Assembly: GCA_014654265.1 (NCBI GenBank)
Contig: JACWDI010000004.1
Coordinates: 2,312 to 66,311 of the forward strand
Length of the DNA stretch: 64,000 bases
Source: Pelagibacterales bacterium SAG-MED11
Lineage (GTDB): Bacteria; Pseudomonadota; Alphaproteobacteria; Pelagibacterales; Pelagibacteraceae
Direction: 5' to 3'
Every line of letters begins with the position of its first letter. Position 1 is the stretch's first letter. This document shows, in pieces, positions 49,387 to 58,364 of the stretch. The notes beneath the pieces were generated by a model. That model saw only the letters and a program-made list of their open reading frames with translations, had not been told where the DNA came from and ran no database searches. Made by a program: the position numbers and the translations under genes.

Positions 49387-50501
49387 TTAATATTATTGTA
49401 AAGGTTTATAGCATATCGGTCTGTCATTCCTGATATAAAATCTGAAATTGCTCTATACTTATCTAATGAAAGTTGTTCTTTTGAGATAAATTTTTTTGGA
49501 TTTTGTTTAATCTTATTAAATAATTTTTTAACTATAGATTTACCCTTATTATTCTTAGTTAATACATTTTTATTATTATACATTTTTGTTTTTAAAAAAA
49601 ATCTAATTTCGTTTTCTGAATTCTTAATACTATCTGAGAAATCAACCATTAAAAAATTAGTTTTTACGATATCCTTTGGAGAGTTTATTTTATTTCTTGC
49701 TAGATTCTTTTTTGTATTCTTTATTAAATCCTTAATCATTAGGTCAATTGAGTCCCTTATAATTTGATAAGTTGCAATTTTATAATTTTTTTTATTAATT
49801 TTATTTTTATATTTTTTATGAATATCTCTAAAGAATTTAATTTCAACTAGCTCTTCTAAACTAAATAGATTTGCTTTTATTCCATCTTGTATATCGTGGT
49901 TATTATAAGCTATATCATCTGAAATTGCTGATATTTGAGCTTCAATAGATGGATACGTGTTAAAATTAATCATATTTTTAAATTTTTTAATCCCTATCAG
50001 ATTATCAACTAAACTTATGTCATCTACAGGCCCATTATGTTTTAAAAGACCCTCTAAAGTTTCAATTGAAAGGTTTAAACCATTAAATCTTAGATACTTA
50101 TTTTCCAAAAACATTACTATTCTCAAAGTTTGTAAATTATGATCAAAACCTCCATAATTTTCCATACATTCATCTAAAGAGTCTTCGCCAGCATGACCAA
50201 AGGGCGTGTGTCCTAGATCATGAGCAAGGCTTAGACATTCAGCCAAATCCTCATTTAGATTGAGATAACGAGCAATTGATCTTGCTATTTGAGCAACCTC
50301 CATCGAATGAGTTATTCTTGTTCGAAAATGATCACCTTCAGTATTTACAAATACTTGTGTTTTATGTTTAAGCCTTCTAAATGAAGCGCTATGAATTATT
50401 CTGTCCCTATCCCTTTGAAATGGGCTTCTATATTTAGACGAGGATTCATTAAATATTCTACCTTTGCTTTTAAATTGTCCAATCTTTGAGTATTTTTTCA
50501 T
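49383..50501 (-). CDS. dgt: dGTPase-like HD-domain triphosphohydrolase
   Basis: 372 aa. RSPFQRDRDRIIHS, RLKHKTQV, HSMEVAQI and HDLGHTPFGH. Confidence 0.85.
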   Translation of the reverse strand: MKKYSKIGQFKSKGRIFNESSSKYRSPFQRDRDRIIHSASFRRLKHKTQVFVNTEGDHFRTRITHSMEVAQIARSIARYLNLNEDLAECLSLAHDLGHTPFGHAGEDSLDECMENYGGFDHNLQTLRIVMFLENKYLRFNGLNLSIETLEGLLKHNGPVDDISLVDNLIGIKKFKNMINFNTYPSIEAQISAISDDIAYNNHDIQDGIKANLFSLEELVEIKFFRDIHKKYKNKINKKNYKIATYQIIRDSIDLMIKDLIKNTKKNLARNKINSPKDIVKTNFLMVDFSDSIKNSENEIRFFLKTKMYNNKNVLTKNNKGKSIVKKLFNKIKQNPKKFISKEQLSLDKYRAISDFISGMTDRYAINLYNNIK

Positions 50502-50551
50502 CCTTTAAAATAAATTAATAAGTATTATATTAGTAATACCAGTGATCAATA

Positions 50552-50869
50552 ATGATAAAAGAAATTAAATTTACTGATAAAGCGCTAAAACAGATCAATA
50601 CTCTGTTGTCAAAAAAAGATAAAGGCTCTTTTTTTAGAATCGCCATCAAAGGTGGTGGATGTTCAGGATTTCAATATGAATTTACGTTTGATCAATCAAA
50701 AGCTGCAGATGATTTAAATTTTGAAAATATTTTAATTGATAAAGCTTCTGCTGATCTTTTAAAAGGATCCGAAGTTGATTATGTTTCGGAATTAATAGGT
50801 GAACAATTTAAAATAACTAATCCACAAACTAAATCTTCTTGCGGTTGTGGTGTGTCTTTCTCTCTTTAA
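50552..50869 (+). CDS. erpA: iron-sulfur cluster insertion protein (ErpA/IscA, HesB family)
   Basis: 105 aa. GGGCSGFQY and the C-terminal SCGCGVSF cysteine ligands. Confidence 0.85.
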   Translation: MIKEIKFTDKALKQINTLLSKKDKGSFFRIAIKGGGCSGFQYEFTFDQSKAADDLNFENILIDKASADLLKGSEVDYVSELIGEQFKITNPQTKSSCGCGVSFSL

Positions 50870-51636
50870 TGCTCATTTCTTCCTGGAATGTAAATTCCGT
50901 GCGAGCTCGTATTGAAAATATCAAAAGTTATCTTTTAAAGTATAAACCAGATATTTTAATGATGCAGGAGATCAAAACTGAAGATGTGAATTTTCCTTAT
51001 GATGATTTTTCATCTATGGATTATGAAAGTCATGTATTTGGACAAAAAAGTTATAATGGTGTTGCTATTATTTCAAAAGGAAAATTAAAAAATATTAGAA
51101 CAGATTTAATTAAAGATAAATTAAAACAATCAAGAATAATTTCTGCTGAGCTTGAGTATAAGAAAAAAATTGTTCAATTAATTAATATCTATACTCCTAA
51201 TGGAAATCCAGTTGATACAGAAAAATATGACTATAAAAAAAATTGGATGGATCAATTGATTAAACAATTAAAGTCTTTATCTAAAAAAAATTCGAATATT
51301 ATTCTCGCAGGTGACTTTAATGTGATCCCCGCTGCTGAAGATGTCTATAATGTAAAAAGTTTTGAAGATGATGCTTTGTATAGATTAGAAATAAGAAAAA
51401 AATTTAGAGAGATGCAAAATTTAGGTTTTAGTGATGTTTATAGACATTTTAATGAAACGAAAGAAGGTTATACTTTTTGGGATTATATGAGAGGTGCATG
51501 GCAAAAGAATAATGGGATGAGAATAGATCATTTTTTAGTTTCAAACTCTTTAATCGACCAAATAAAATCTATAAATATTAATAAAGACCCTAGAGGTAGA
51601 GAAAAACCTTCAGATCACACCCCCCATAGAAATTAA
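50869..51636 (+). CDS. xth: exodeoxyribonuclease III
   Basis: About 255 aa starting from MLISSWNVNSVRARI, with an ATG overlapping the erpA TAA (TAATG). Has QEIK, GDFNV and the C-terminal PSDHTP. The 10-codon track extension overlaps erpA and is rejected. Confidence 0.85.
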   Translation: MLISSWNVNSVRARIENIKSYLLKYKPDILMMQEIKTEDVNFPYDDFSSMDYESHVFGQKSYNGVAIISKGKLKNIRTDLIKDKLKQSRIISAELEYKKKIVQLINIYTPNGNPVDTEKYDYKKNWMDQLIKQLKSLSKKNSNIILAGDFNVIPAAEDVYNVKSFEDDALYRLEIRKKFREMQNLGFSDVYRHFNETKEGYTFWDYMRGAWQKNNGMRIDHFLVSNSLIDQIKSININKDPRGREKPSDHTPHRN

Positions 51637-51637
51637 A

Positions 51638-52636
51638 TTAGCTTAAAGATTTTATTTTATTAACTAATTCCTCGTTAATGTTACGAGGACCTTTATCAAG
51701 TCTGTTTTTATGTCGTCTTTCCCCAGGTAATCTTACTTCACCCATTGATTTCATCTTATCAAAGAATTCATCTGCATGTTTTTGCCAATTTGTTCCTGCA
51801 GTTTTATCAGGAGAGATAGCAAGAATAAATTCTCCTCCACTTGGTGGACCACCATCATTATTATCTTTAGCAGCTGTTTCAAAACTAAAATTATCACCAA
51901 CTAAAGCACCAGCCATTAGTTCTACCATCATAGCAATTGCTGAACCTTTATAACCACCAAAAGGTAATAATACACCACCATCAGCTATTGCACCTGGGTC
52001 AGTAGTTTCTTTACCTTCTTTAGTTAATCCTGTTCCAAGAGGTACCTTATGCCCTTCTCTTTTAGCCACTTGAACTTCACCCATTGCCATTGAGGCTGTT
52101 GCCATATCATAAACTACAGGAGTTTTTCCTGGTCTTGGCCAAGCAAATGATATTGGGTTTGTTCCAAATAATGGCTTGATTGCGCCAGCAGGTGCTACTG
52201 CAGGCTTATAAGATGTACAAGCAAAAGCAACTAAACCTTCTTCTGCTAATTTTTCTGTTTCAGGCCACATCGCAGCCATATGGTGAGAATTATTTATTGC
52301 AAGTACTGCAACACCATTTTCTTTTGCAGCTTTTATTAATTCAGGTATGCCTTTATTTAAAACCACAGGTGCTAAACAATTATTACCTTGAACTTTAATT
52401 ACTGAAGCTGAAATCTTTTTGATTTCTGGCTTTCCTTTACCATTAATTTTTCCACTTTTTAAACCACTTACATAAGCTGGTAATCTAAATAAACCATGAG
52501 ATAAAGAACCATCACGTTCAGCATTTCTGATTAAATCTGATAATATAGATGCTGTTTCATCATCACATCCATTAGCTAATAAAGTCTTTTTAGCTAAATC
52601 AAATATTTCATCTAGTGTAAGGGAAACCGTACTCAC
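51638..52636 (-). CDS. Ldh_2 family (malate/L-lactate/ureidoglycolate dehydrogenase-type) oxidoreductase
   Basis: 332 aa. GSLSHGLFRLP, NSHHMAAMW, GTNPISFAWP and GGYKGSAIAMMVELMAG are typical of Ldh_2. Confidence 0.75.
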   Translation of the reverse strand: MSTVSLTLDEIFDLAKKTLLANGCDDETASILSDLIRNAERDGSLSHGLFRLPAYVSGLKSGKINGKGKPEIKKISASVIKVQGNNCLAPVVLNKGIPELIKAAKENGVAVLAINNSHHMAAMWPETEKLAEEGLVAFACTSYKPAVAPAGAIKPLFGTNPISFAWPRPGKTPVVYDMATASMAMGEVQVAKREGHKVPLGTGLTKEGKETTDPGAIADGGVLLPFGGYKGSAIAMMVELMAGALVGDNFSFETAAKDNNDGGPPSGGEFILAISPDKTAGTNWQKHADEFFDKMKSMGEVRLPGERRHKNRLDKGPRNINEELVNKIKSLS

Positions 52637-52650
52637 CCTTATATTAAATA

Positions 52651-53115
52651 CTATCTATGTTTTCTTTTCAAATCTTTTTTTAGATCTTCGTGGTCACCAA
52701 CAACTGTATGATATCTGCTCTTAGTGACATATTTTTCTAAAAAAGGAACTGCCAATAATGGAAGGAAACCACCGATAACAATTCCAAAAGCAGCACTTTG
52801 TAAATCTGGGTCAGCTAAAGCTGCTATAAAGTCTGCAATGATATGAGCTAAAACTATTCCAACTATACCAGCAATCGCTCCATTAGAGATAATTTTAAGA
52901 AATCTATTGATACTCCAACCAGTATAAAATCCAATTAAAGGTATTAATGTGTGAATAAAGCCAAAAGTTGCTCCTCTTAAAATGCTATGTTCCTCTATTA
53001 GTTCTTCCATAAAGTGAAGAAACTCTGGTAATTCATGTGAATGACCTTCTGCTGCTCTAACAAATGTAAAACCAAAAATACACATCGCTAAAGTTAAAAA
53101 ACTTATTTTTTTCAT
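52651..53115 (-). CDS. exported/membrane His-rich protein, unknown function (candidate metal-handling protein, co-transcribed with the Fur-family gene)
   Basis: 154 aa. Signal peptide, then AEGHSHELPEFLHFMEELIEEH, then 3-4 Gly/Ala-rich TMs, then a C-terminal HTVVGDHEDLKKDLKRKHR. The start overlaps the regulator stop by 1 nt. Confidence 0.4.
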   Translation of the reverse strand: MKKISFLTLAMCIFGFTFVRAAEGHSHELPEFLHFMEELIEEHSILRGATFGFIHTLIPLIGFYTGWSINRFLKIISNGAIAGIVGIVLAHIIADFIAALADPDLQSAAFGIVIGGFLPLLAVPFLEKYVTKSRYHTVVGDHEDLKKDLKRKHR

Positions 53116-53480
53116 TAATTACAATCCTTACAAGTAGTTAAAACTTCCATGTTAAATGTATTAAAATCATATTTTTTTACGTTGTTTTTTTTAAACAAAC
53201 TTCCAAAAAGACTAGATTTTAACTCCTCTGTATCTCCACATTTTTTACATATGGCGATTGCTGTACTGTGATTTTTTGAATGTAAATGATTGCACAGCAT
53301 AAAAGTTTTTGTTTGATTAGATTTATGAATTCGTTCTTCTTCTATTAGGCTATCAAGAGCTCTGTAAACTGTCATAGGTTGTGTTTTTTTAACCTTTTGA
53401 AGTTTATCTAATATCTCATAAGCAGTTAAATGCTTTGAAGATTTTTTTATAATATTAAAGACTAATTCCTTATTTGACAT
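53115..53480 (-). CDS. Fur-family metalloregulator (Zur-like by operator type)
   Basis: 121 aa. Winged helix (HLTAYEILDKL......MTVYRALDSLIEE) and two CxxC pairs (CKKCG and CKDC) for the structural Zn site. The canonical HHDH sensing motif is degenerate (KNHSTA). Confidence 0.7.
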   Translation of the reverse strand: MSNKELVFNIIKKSSKHLTAYEILDKLQKVKKTQPMTVYRALDSLIEEERIHKSNQTKTFMLCNHLHSKNHSTAIAICKKCGDTEELKSSLFGSLFKKNNVKKYDFNTFNMEVLTTCKDCN

Positions 53481-53504
53481 ATTGTTATGTTATAACATCA
53501 CAAT
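53481..53504. promoter_or_regulatory. 24-bp near-perfect palindrome ATTGTTATGTTA|TAACATCACAAT; candidate Zur/Fur-family operator
   Basis: The core ATGTTATAACAT is a perfect 12-bp palindrome, and the outer arms have 1 mismatch. It starts at the base next to the regulator ATG and lies 34 nt upstream of the divergent gene at 53538. Confidence 0.5.
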
Positions 53505-53537
53505 AATAAGTCAAGAAATATGATATAATATTTATCT

Positions 53538-53876
53538 ATGATTCTATTCATCGCTAAAGTTATCAGTGCTGCTCTTATTATTGCCTTTGCGAGCTGGTTA
53601 TCTGGACAAAATCCGAAATTAGCTGGATTTATTATAGCTTTTCCACTTGTATCGCTTATTGCTATTGCTTTTTCTTACTATGAACACAATGATATAGAAA
53701 AAACAATTCTATTTACTAAAAGTATATTGGTTGCTGTACCTATAAGTTATCTATTTTTTTTACCCTTCTTCTTTGCAAAATCTTTAAATATGAATTTCTT
53801 AATGATTTATGGTGCAGGCCTAGGATTGTTAATTATTGGTTTCTTTATTCATAAATATATAACTAATTTTTTATAA
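53538..53876 (+). CDS. small 4-TM membrane protein, unknown function
   Basis: 112 aa and entirely hydrophobic. Divergent from the Fur-family gene and shares its 57-bp control region. Confidence 0.4.
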   Translation: MILFIAKVISAALIIAFASWLSGQNPKLAGFIIAFPLVSLIAIAFSYYEHNDIEKTILFTKSILVAVPISYLFFLPFFFAKSLNMNFLMIYGAGLGLLIIGFFIHKYITNFL

Positions 53877-53922
53877 TATAGTTACTCTCTAATAAACTCG
53901 TGTAAATAATATTTAATAAAAG

Positions 53923-55368
53923 TTAATCAACTATTAAAGTATCTTTTGATCCACCACCTTGCGAACTATTTACAATTGTACTTCCTTTTCTAAGAGCAAC
54001 CCTAGTCAGGCCGCCAGTTGTTACATAATTAGTTTTACCACTTAAAACGAAGGGTCTTAAATCTAAGTGTCTAGGCTCTATATTTTTTTCTGTAATTGTT
54101 GGAGCTGTTGACAGTGTTTCTAAAGGTTGTGCAATATATTCTCTTGGATTTTTTTTGATCTTCGCTGCCACTTCTTCTCTTTCTTTTGTAGAAGCCTTCG
54201 GACCAATCATTATTCCATATCCACCAGATGCATTAGCAGGTTTTACAACTAATTTAGATAGATTTTTTAAAACATATTTTCTTTGACTTTCATCATTACA
54301 CAAATAAGTCTCGACTTGATTTAAGATGGGTTGTTCTCCTAAATAATAAACTATCATTCTATTTACGTATGAATAAACAACTTTATCATCAGCTACACCT
54401 GTACCCACTGCATTAATAATACCCACGTTTTTTTTTAACCAACATTTGAATAAACCTGGAACACCAATGACAGAGTCTTTATTGAAGGCCTTTGGGTCTA
54501 AAAAATTATCATCTAGTCTTCTGTAAATGCAATCAACTTTTAAAGGACCTTTTACAGTTTTCATGAAAACCATATCATTTTCAACAAAAAGATCTTTTCC
54601 TTCTACCAATGCAATACCCATTTGTTCAGCTAAAAAAGAATGTTCAAAATAAGCAGAATTATAAATACCTGGCGTCAAAACTACCATGTGTGGATGAGCA
54701 GTTTTTTTAGGTATACATTCATTCATACAATTAAAAAGTTTGTTAGTATATTGATGTATTGAAGCAACTTTATATCTAGTAAAAAGTTCAGGAAAGACAT
54801 CTCTCATAACCATTCTGTTCTCAAGCATATAAGAAACCCCTGAAGGTACTCTAAGATTGTCCTCTAGAACTAGGTAATCTCCATTCTTATTTCTGATTAA
54901 ATCTACTCCAGATATATTTGCCCAAGATTTATATTTTGGTGAAAATCCTTCACATTCTTTTACATAATAAGGTGAGTTAAAAATAATTTCTCTAGGTATA
55001 ATATTATCTTTAAAAATTTTCTTTTGATTATAAACGTCATCTATAAATAAGTTTAAGGCTTTTACTCTTTGCTTAAGACCTTTAGTTACCTTATTCCATT
55101 GTGTTTTAGGAATTATCCTAGGAATAATATCTAAAGGCCATTTCTTCTCCTCTGCCCTGTTATTAGCCGCATACACTCTAAAATTTATTCCTCTAGCACT
55201 TATTGTACTTTGACAATTTTTCTCAATTTCTTGGAGTTTTTCTTTGCCGTATCTTTCTAAAATATTTGAAATTATAACGGCATGTTTTCTTAATTTATTT
55301 TCATTGGTAAAATAACCATCATATGCTTTAGTAGCATTGTAATTATCCCAGAGTTTCCCGCTCATCAA
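53923..55368 (-). CDS. circularly permuted ATP-grasp (type 2) amidoligase-like protein
   Basis: 481 aa. Length and blocks (GINFRVY, SGVSYMLENR, TPGIYNSAYFEHSFLAEQMGI, YRRLDD, VKPANASGGYGM-like VVKPANASGGYGIMIG, TGGLTRVA) match the CP_ATPgrasp family usually found in Anbu operons. Confidence 0.8.
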   Translation of the reverse strand: MMSGKLWDNYNATKAYDGYFTNENKLRKHAVIISNILERYGKEKLQEIEKNCQSTISARGINFRVYAANNRAEEKKWPLDIIPRIIPKTQWNKVTKGLKQRVKALNLFIDDVYNQKKIFKDNIIPREIIFNSPYYVKECEGFSPKYKSWANISGVDLIRNKNGDYLVLEDNLRVPSGVSYMLENRMVMRDVFPELFTRYKVASIHQYTNKLFNCMNECIPKKTAHPHMVVLTPGIYNSAYFEHSFLAEQMGIALVEGKDLFVENDMVFMKTVKGPLKVDCIYRRLDDNFLDPKAFNKDSVIGVPGLFKCWLKKNVGIINAVGTGVADDKVVYSYVNRMIVYYLGEQPILNQVETYLCNDESQRKYVLKNLSKLVVKPANASGGYGIMIGPKASTKEREEVAAKIKKNPREYIAQPLETLSTAPTITEKNIEPRHLDLRPFVLSGKTNYVTTGGLTRVALRKGSTIVNSSQGGGSKDTLIVD

Positions 55369-55470
55369 AGGATTGTTTAATAATTAAGGTAAACAATCAA
55401 TTGCGATATAGTTATATCAGCTATGCTTGATTTTAAATATATGATAGGTAAATAAGGGTTATTAATACTT

Positions 55471-56199
55471 ATGACTTATTGTGTTGGCATTAAAGCTCAA
55501 GATGGAATTGTTTTCGCCTCAGACTCTAGAACAAATGCAGGATTAGATAATGTTAACATTTACTCAAAAATGTTTGTTCATGACGTTGGAGATAGGAGTG
55601 TCATTATAGTTACTTCTGGAAATTTAGGTACATCTCAAGCAGTATATAAATCTATTGAAAACGATCTTAAAGGTGACAATGGTATAAATTTAAACACATG
55701 CAAAGATTTCGACCAAATTGCATCTTACATTGGATCATTGAATATTAAACATTCAGCCCCAAAAGGAATAAACACAGATACAGTCTTATTAGGTTCGTCA
55801 TTTTTAGTTGGTGGTCAAATTAAAGGTCAACCATTAGAATTGTACTTAGTGTACTCTCAGGGAAATTATATTAAGCCAGCTGATAGCAAACCTTATCTAG
55901 TTATTGGTGAAGTAAAATACGGTAAACCTATTTTGGATAGAGTTATAAAACCAAGCGTGTCTATTGGTGATGCATCAAGATGTGCTTTGATTTCAATGGA
56001 CTCAACTTTAAAAAGTGATTTAACAGTTGGCCCTCCTATTGATTTTGCTGTGTATAAAAAAGATGAATATAAAATTGCCTCACAAAAATGCTTAAATATT
56101 ACTGATACTGAATATTCCAAGGTTTGTGATCAATGGTCGGATGGTATCTTTAAAATTTTTGACTCTTTTCCAAGATTTGATTGGGAAAACAATAAATAA
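55471..56199 (+). CDS. Anbu-type proteasome homologue (Ntn-hydrolase, peptidase T1-like)
   Basis: 242 aa. N-terminal MTYCVGIKAQDGIVFASDSRTNAG with Thr2 positioned as the Ntn nucleophile. The proteasome beta-subunit fold pattern continues (IIVTSGNLGTSQ...). Confidence 0.75.
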   Translation: MTYCVGIKAQDGIVFASDSRTNAGLDNVNIYSKMFVHDVGDRSVIIVTSGNLGTSQAVYKSIENDLKGDNGINLNTCKDFDQIASYIGSLNIKHSAPKGINTDTVLLGSSFLVGGQIKGQPLELYLVYSQGNYIKPADSKPYLVIGEVKYGKPILDRVIKPSVSIGDASRCALISMDSTLKSDLTVGPPIDFAVYKKDEYKIASQKCLNITDTEYSKVCDQWSDGIFKIFDSFPRFDWENNK

Positions 56200-56268
56200 G
56201 ATTATTTTTCCTATAAACTGTAATAAATTCTTAACATAACTGAAATAATAACAACAAAAGGGGATTTT

Positions 56269-56490
56269 ATGTTTTTAAAAAAATATCTAAAGTGGATTAG
56301 TACGTTTTTAGTTTTAATGGGAATACTTCTTACAAATTTAAATATATATCCGTTAAATATATATTTTCATGGATTAGGAGTTGTTGGATGGACTATAGCA
56401 GGATTTATGAGCAAAGATAAAGCAATCTTAACAAACTTTGGATTACAAATTCCATTGTTTGTAATTGGTATTTATAAAGTTATTTTTTAA
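56269..56490 (+). CDS. 73-aa 2-3 TM membrane protein, unknown function
   Basis: SD-like AAAGGGGA lies 6 nt upstream. The stop abuts the arsC ATG, so it is probably the first gene of the ars-like transcript. Confidence 0.35.
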   Translation: MFLKKYLKWISTFLVLMGILLTNLNIYPLNIYFHGLGVVGWTIAGFMSKDKAILTNFGLQIPLFVIGIYKVIF

Positions 56491-56922
56491 ATGAAGAATA
56501 TATTGTTCGTATGCACAGGTAATTCAGCAAGAAGTATTATTGCTGAAAGTATAATAAATAACGAGTACGACGATTTATATAAAGGTTTTAGTGCTGGGAG
56601 TAATCCAACGGGAAAAGTTAATGAAGATGTGAAGAATTATTTATTATCAAAACATTATGATATTTCAAACTATAGTTCTAAAAATTTTAATGTATTTATT
56701 AATAATCAGATAAAAATGGATTATGTTGTTACAGTTTGTAATAATGCCAATAACGAAGTCTGCCCTATTTGGCCAAATAAAGATCAGATAATTCATTGGG
56801 ATATAGAGGATCCTGTTAAATTGCTTAATGAAACAAATGATTTAAATAAAAAAGACGAAATAATTGAAAAAGTTTACAATAATATTCATAATAAAATAAA
56901 GGAACTAATAAATGAAAAATAA
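56491..56922 (+). CDS. arsC: arsenate reductase, LMW-PTPase / thioredoxin-coupled type
   Basis: 143 aa. P-loop CTGNSARS at the N-terminus, and the second and third redox Cys in VVTVCNNANNEVCPIWP. Confidence 0.85.
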   Translation: MKNILFVCTGNSARSIIAESIINNEYDDLYKGFSAGSNPTGKVNEDVKNYLLSKHYDISNYSSKNFNVFINNQIKMDYVVTVCNNANNEVCPIWPNKDQIIHWDIEDPVKLLNETNDLNKKDEIIEKVYNNIHNKIKELINEK

Positions 56923-57571
56923 AAGTCGTTATTTTCTTGCTGAACTATTAGGCAGTTGTTTTTTAGTAATGATTATTGTTGGTTCAGGTTTAATGGCAGA
57001 AAACTTAACTGATGATATTGCTGTGATGTTAATTGCAAACACAATAGCAACAGGAGCAGGTTTATTTGTTCTTATTACAGTTTTTGCTGATGTATCAGGA
57101 GCTCATTTTAATCCATTTGTAAGTATCGCAATGACAATAACGGGTAAATTAAAAAAGAAACTATTACCCTTTTATATTATTGCTCAATTGGTTGGTTGCT
57201 TAATTGGTGTTGGTTTAGCTAATTTCTTTTTTGAACATGAAATTTATGAATTATCTACTAAGTCAAGAGATGGTATTTATATACTAACATCTGAGGTAAT
57301 AGCAACATTAGGACTTATAGTGATAATTTTTGGTTCAATGAAGTCAGGTAAAATTGCTGTTGCTGCTAGTGTTGGTCTTTATATTACTGCTGGTTATTGG
57401 TTTACTTCATCAACATCTTTTGCAAATCCAGCTGTTGCAATTGCTAGAACTTTTACAGATTCGTTTACTGGTATAAATTATTTAAACACTCCTTATTATA
57501 TTTTAGCTGAGCTTATCGGAATGTTAATTGCTGTATTTATTGTTAAAAAGTTATTTTTAGAGAAAAATTGA
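56912..57571 (+). CDS. MIP-family channel (aquaglyceroporin/AqpS-like, candidate arsenite channel)
   Basis: 219 aa with 6 TMs. First NPA box variant HFNPFVS and second box FANPAVAIAR. Overlaps arsC by 11 nt. Confidence 0.85.
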   Translation: MKNKSRYFLAELLGSCFLVMIIVGSGLMAENLTDDIAVMLIANTIATGAGLFVLITVFADVSGAHFNPFVSIAMTITGKLKKKLLPFYIIAQLVGCLIGVGLANFFFEHEIYELSTKSRDGIYILTSEVIATLGLIVIIFGSMKSGKIAVAASVGLYITAGYWFTSSTSFANPAVAIARTFTDSFTGINYLNTPYYILAELIGMLIAVFIVKKLFLEKN

Positions 57572-58059
57572 AAAATATAAAACTTACCAATCAAATAAGT
57601 TTAATTAACAAAAAATTTAAGAAAAAAGAGTTTTATCATTATCTTGAAACTTCTAATCTTTCATTAGTAATACCTAAGATTAAAGACAAATATATAGTAG
57701 TTTCTCAAAAAAGAGTTCCGATTAACAAAATTAATTATGAGTTTCCTTCTGGGATAGTAGAAAAAAAAGAAACAACTCTGCAATCAGCTCATAAAGAATT
57801 AAAAGAAGAAACAGGATATAAATCAAGATCAAAATTGAGTAAAATTATAACTTTTTATACTGAGCCTGGGCGATTAACTACTAAAATTACTGGTTATTTT
57901 ACGAAAGACTTAACAAAAATTTCAAAGCCAGAAAAAGGTATAAAAATTCATCTGTTTAATCAAAGCGATATATTTAAATTAATATTAAATCAAAAATTCA
58001 ATAATAGTTCTCATATAGCAATGTTTTTATATCTAATAACAAATCTTAAAAATCAATAA
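57568..58059 (+). CDS. NUDIX hydrolase
   Basis: 163 aa. Nudix box GIVEKKETTLQSAHKELKEETGY. The TTG start overlaps the channel TGA (TTGA). Confidence 0.7.
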   Translation: MKNIKLTNQISLINKKFKKKEFYHYLETSNLSLVIPKIKDKYIVVSQKRVPINKINYEFPSGIVEKKETTLQSAHKELKEETGYKSRSKLSKIITFYTEPGRLTTKITGYFTKDLTKISKPEKGIKIHLFNQSDIFKLILNQKFNNSSHIAMFLYLITNLKNQ

Positions 58060-58138
58060 ACTACAGGTTGTATCAAATTAGCTTTCAGATTTATGAATTA
58101 TGTGATTAAATTAATCATCTAAAAGTTTGGAGGTAGAA

Positions 58139-58345
58139 ATGGGAAAAAAATTAAAAAAAAATGAGAAGAAAAAAACAAAAATCGTAAAAACAATTGATAG
58201 ATTGAAAAATAAAATTACGGCTAAAGAAAAAAAATTGTCAAAAGTTAATATTAAAATTGCTGCTCTAGAAAAGAAAGTTGCAGAAAAAAAAGCAAAAAAA
58301 CTTGCTAAAAAAGCAGAGCAGTCTCCTGCATCTATAAATAATTAA
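58139..58345 (+). CDS. 68-aa lysine-rich coiled-coil protein, unknown function
   Basis: GGAGG (58129-58133) lies 5 nt before the ATG at 58139. Sequence MGKKLKKNEKKKTKIVKT...KKVAEKKAKKLAKKAEQ. The track's TTG start at 58127 would lie over the SD and is rejected. Confidence 0.45.
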   Translation: MGKKLKKNEKKKTKIVKTIDRLKNKITAKEKKLSKVNIKIAALEKKVAEKKAKKLAKKAEQSPASINN

Positions 58346-58364
58346 TATCAAATAAATCGTCTTA

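Noticed and set aside
57513-57521. TTATCGGAA (in the aquaporin gene) and TCCGATAA (28334-28341, in recG) as extra half-sites of the lox-like repeat
   Set aside because: These are single 8-9-mers inside conserved coding sequence with no partner arm. About this many matches are expected by chance in 64 kb on two strands.
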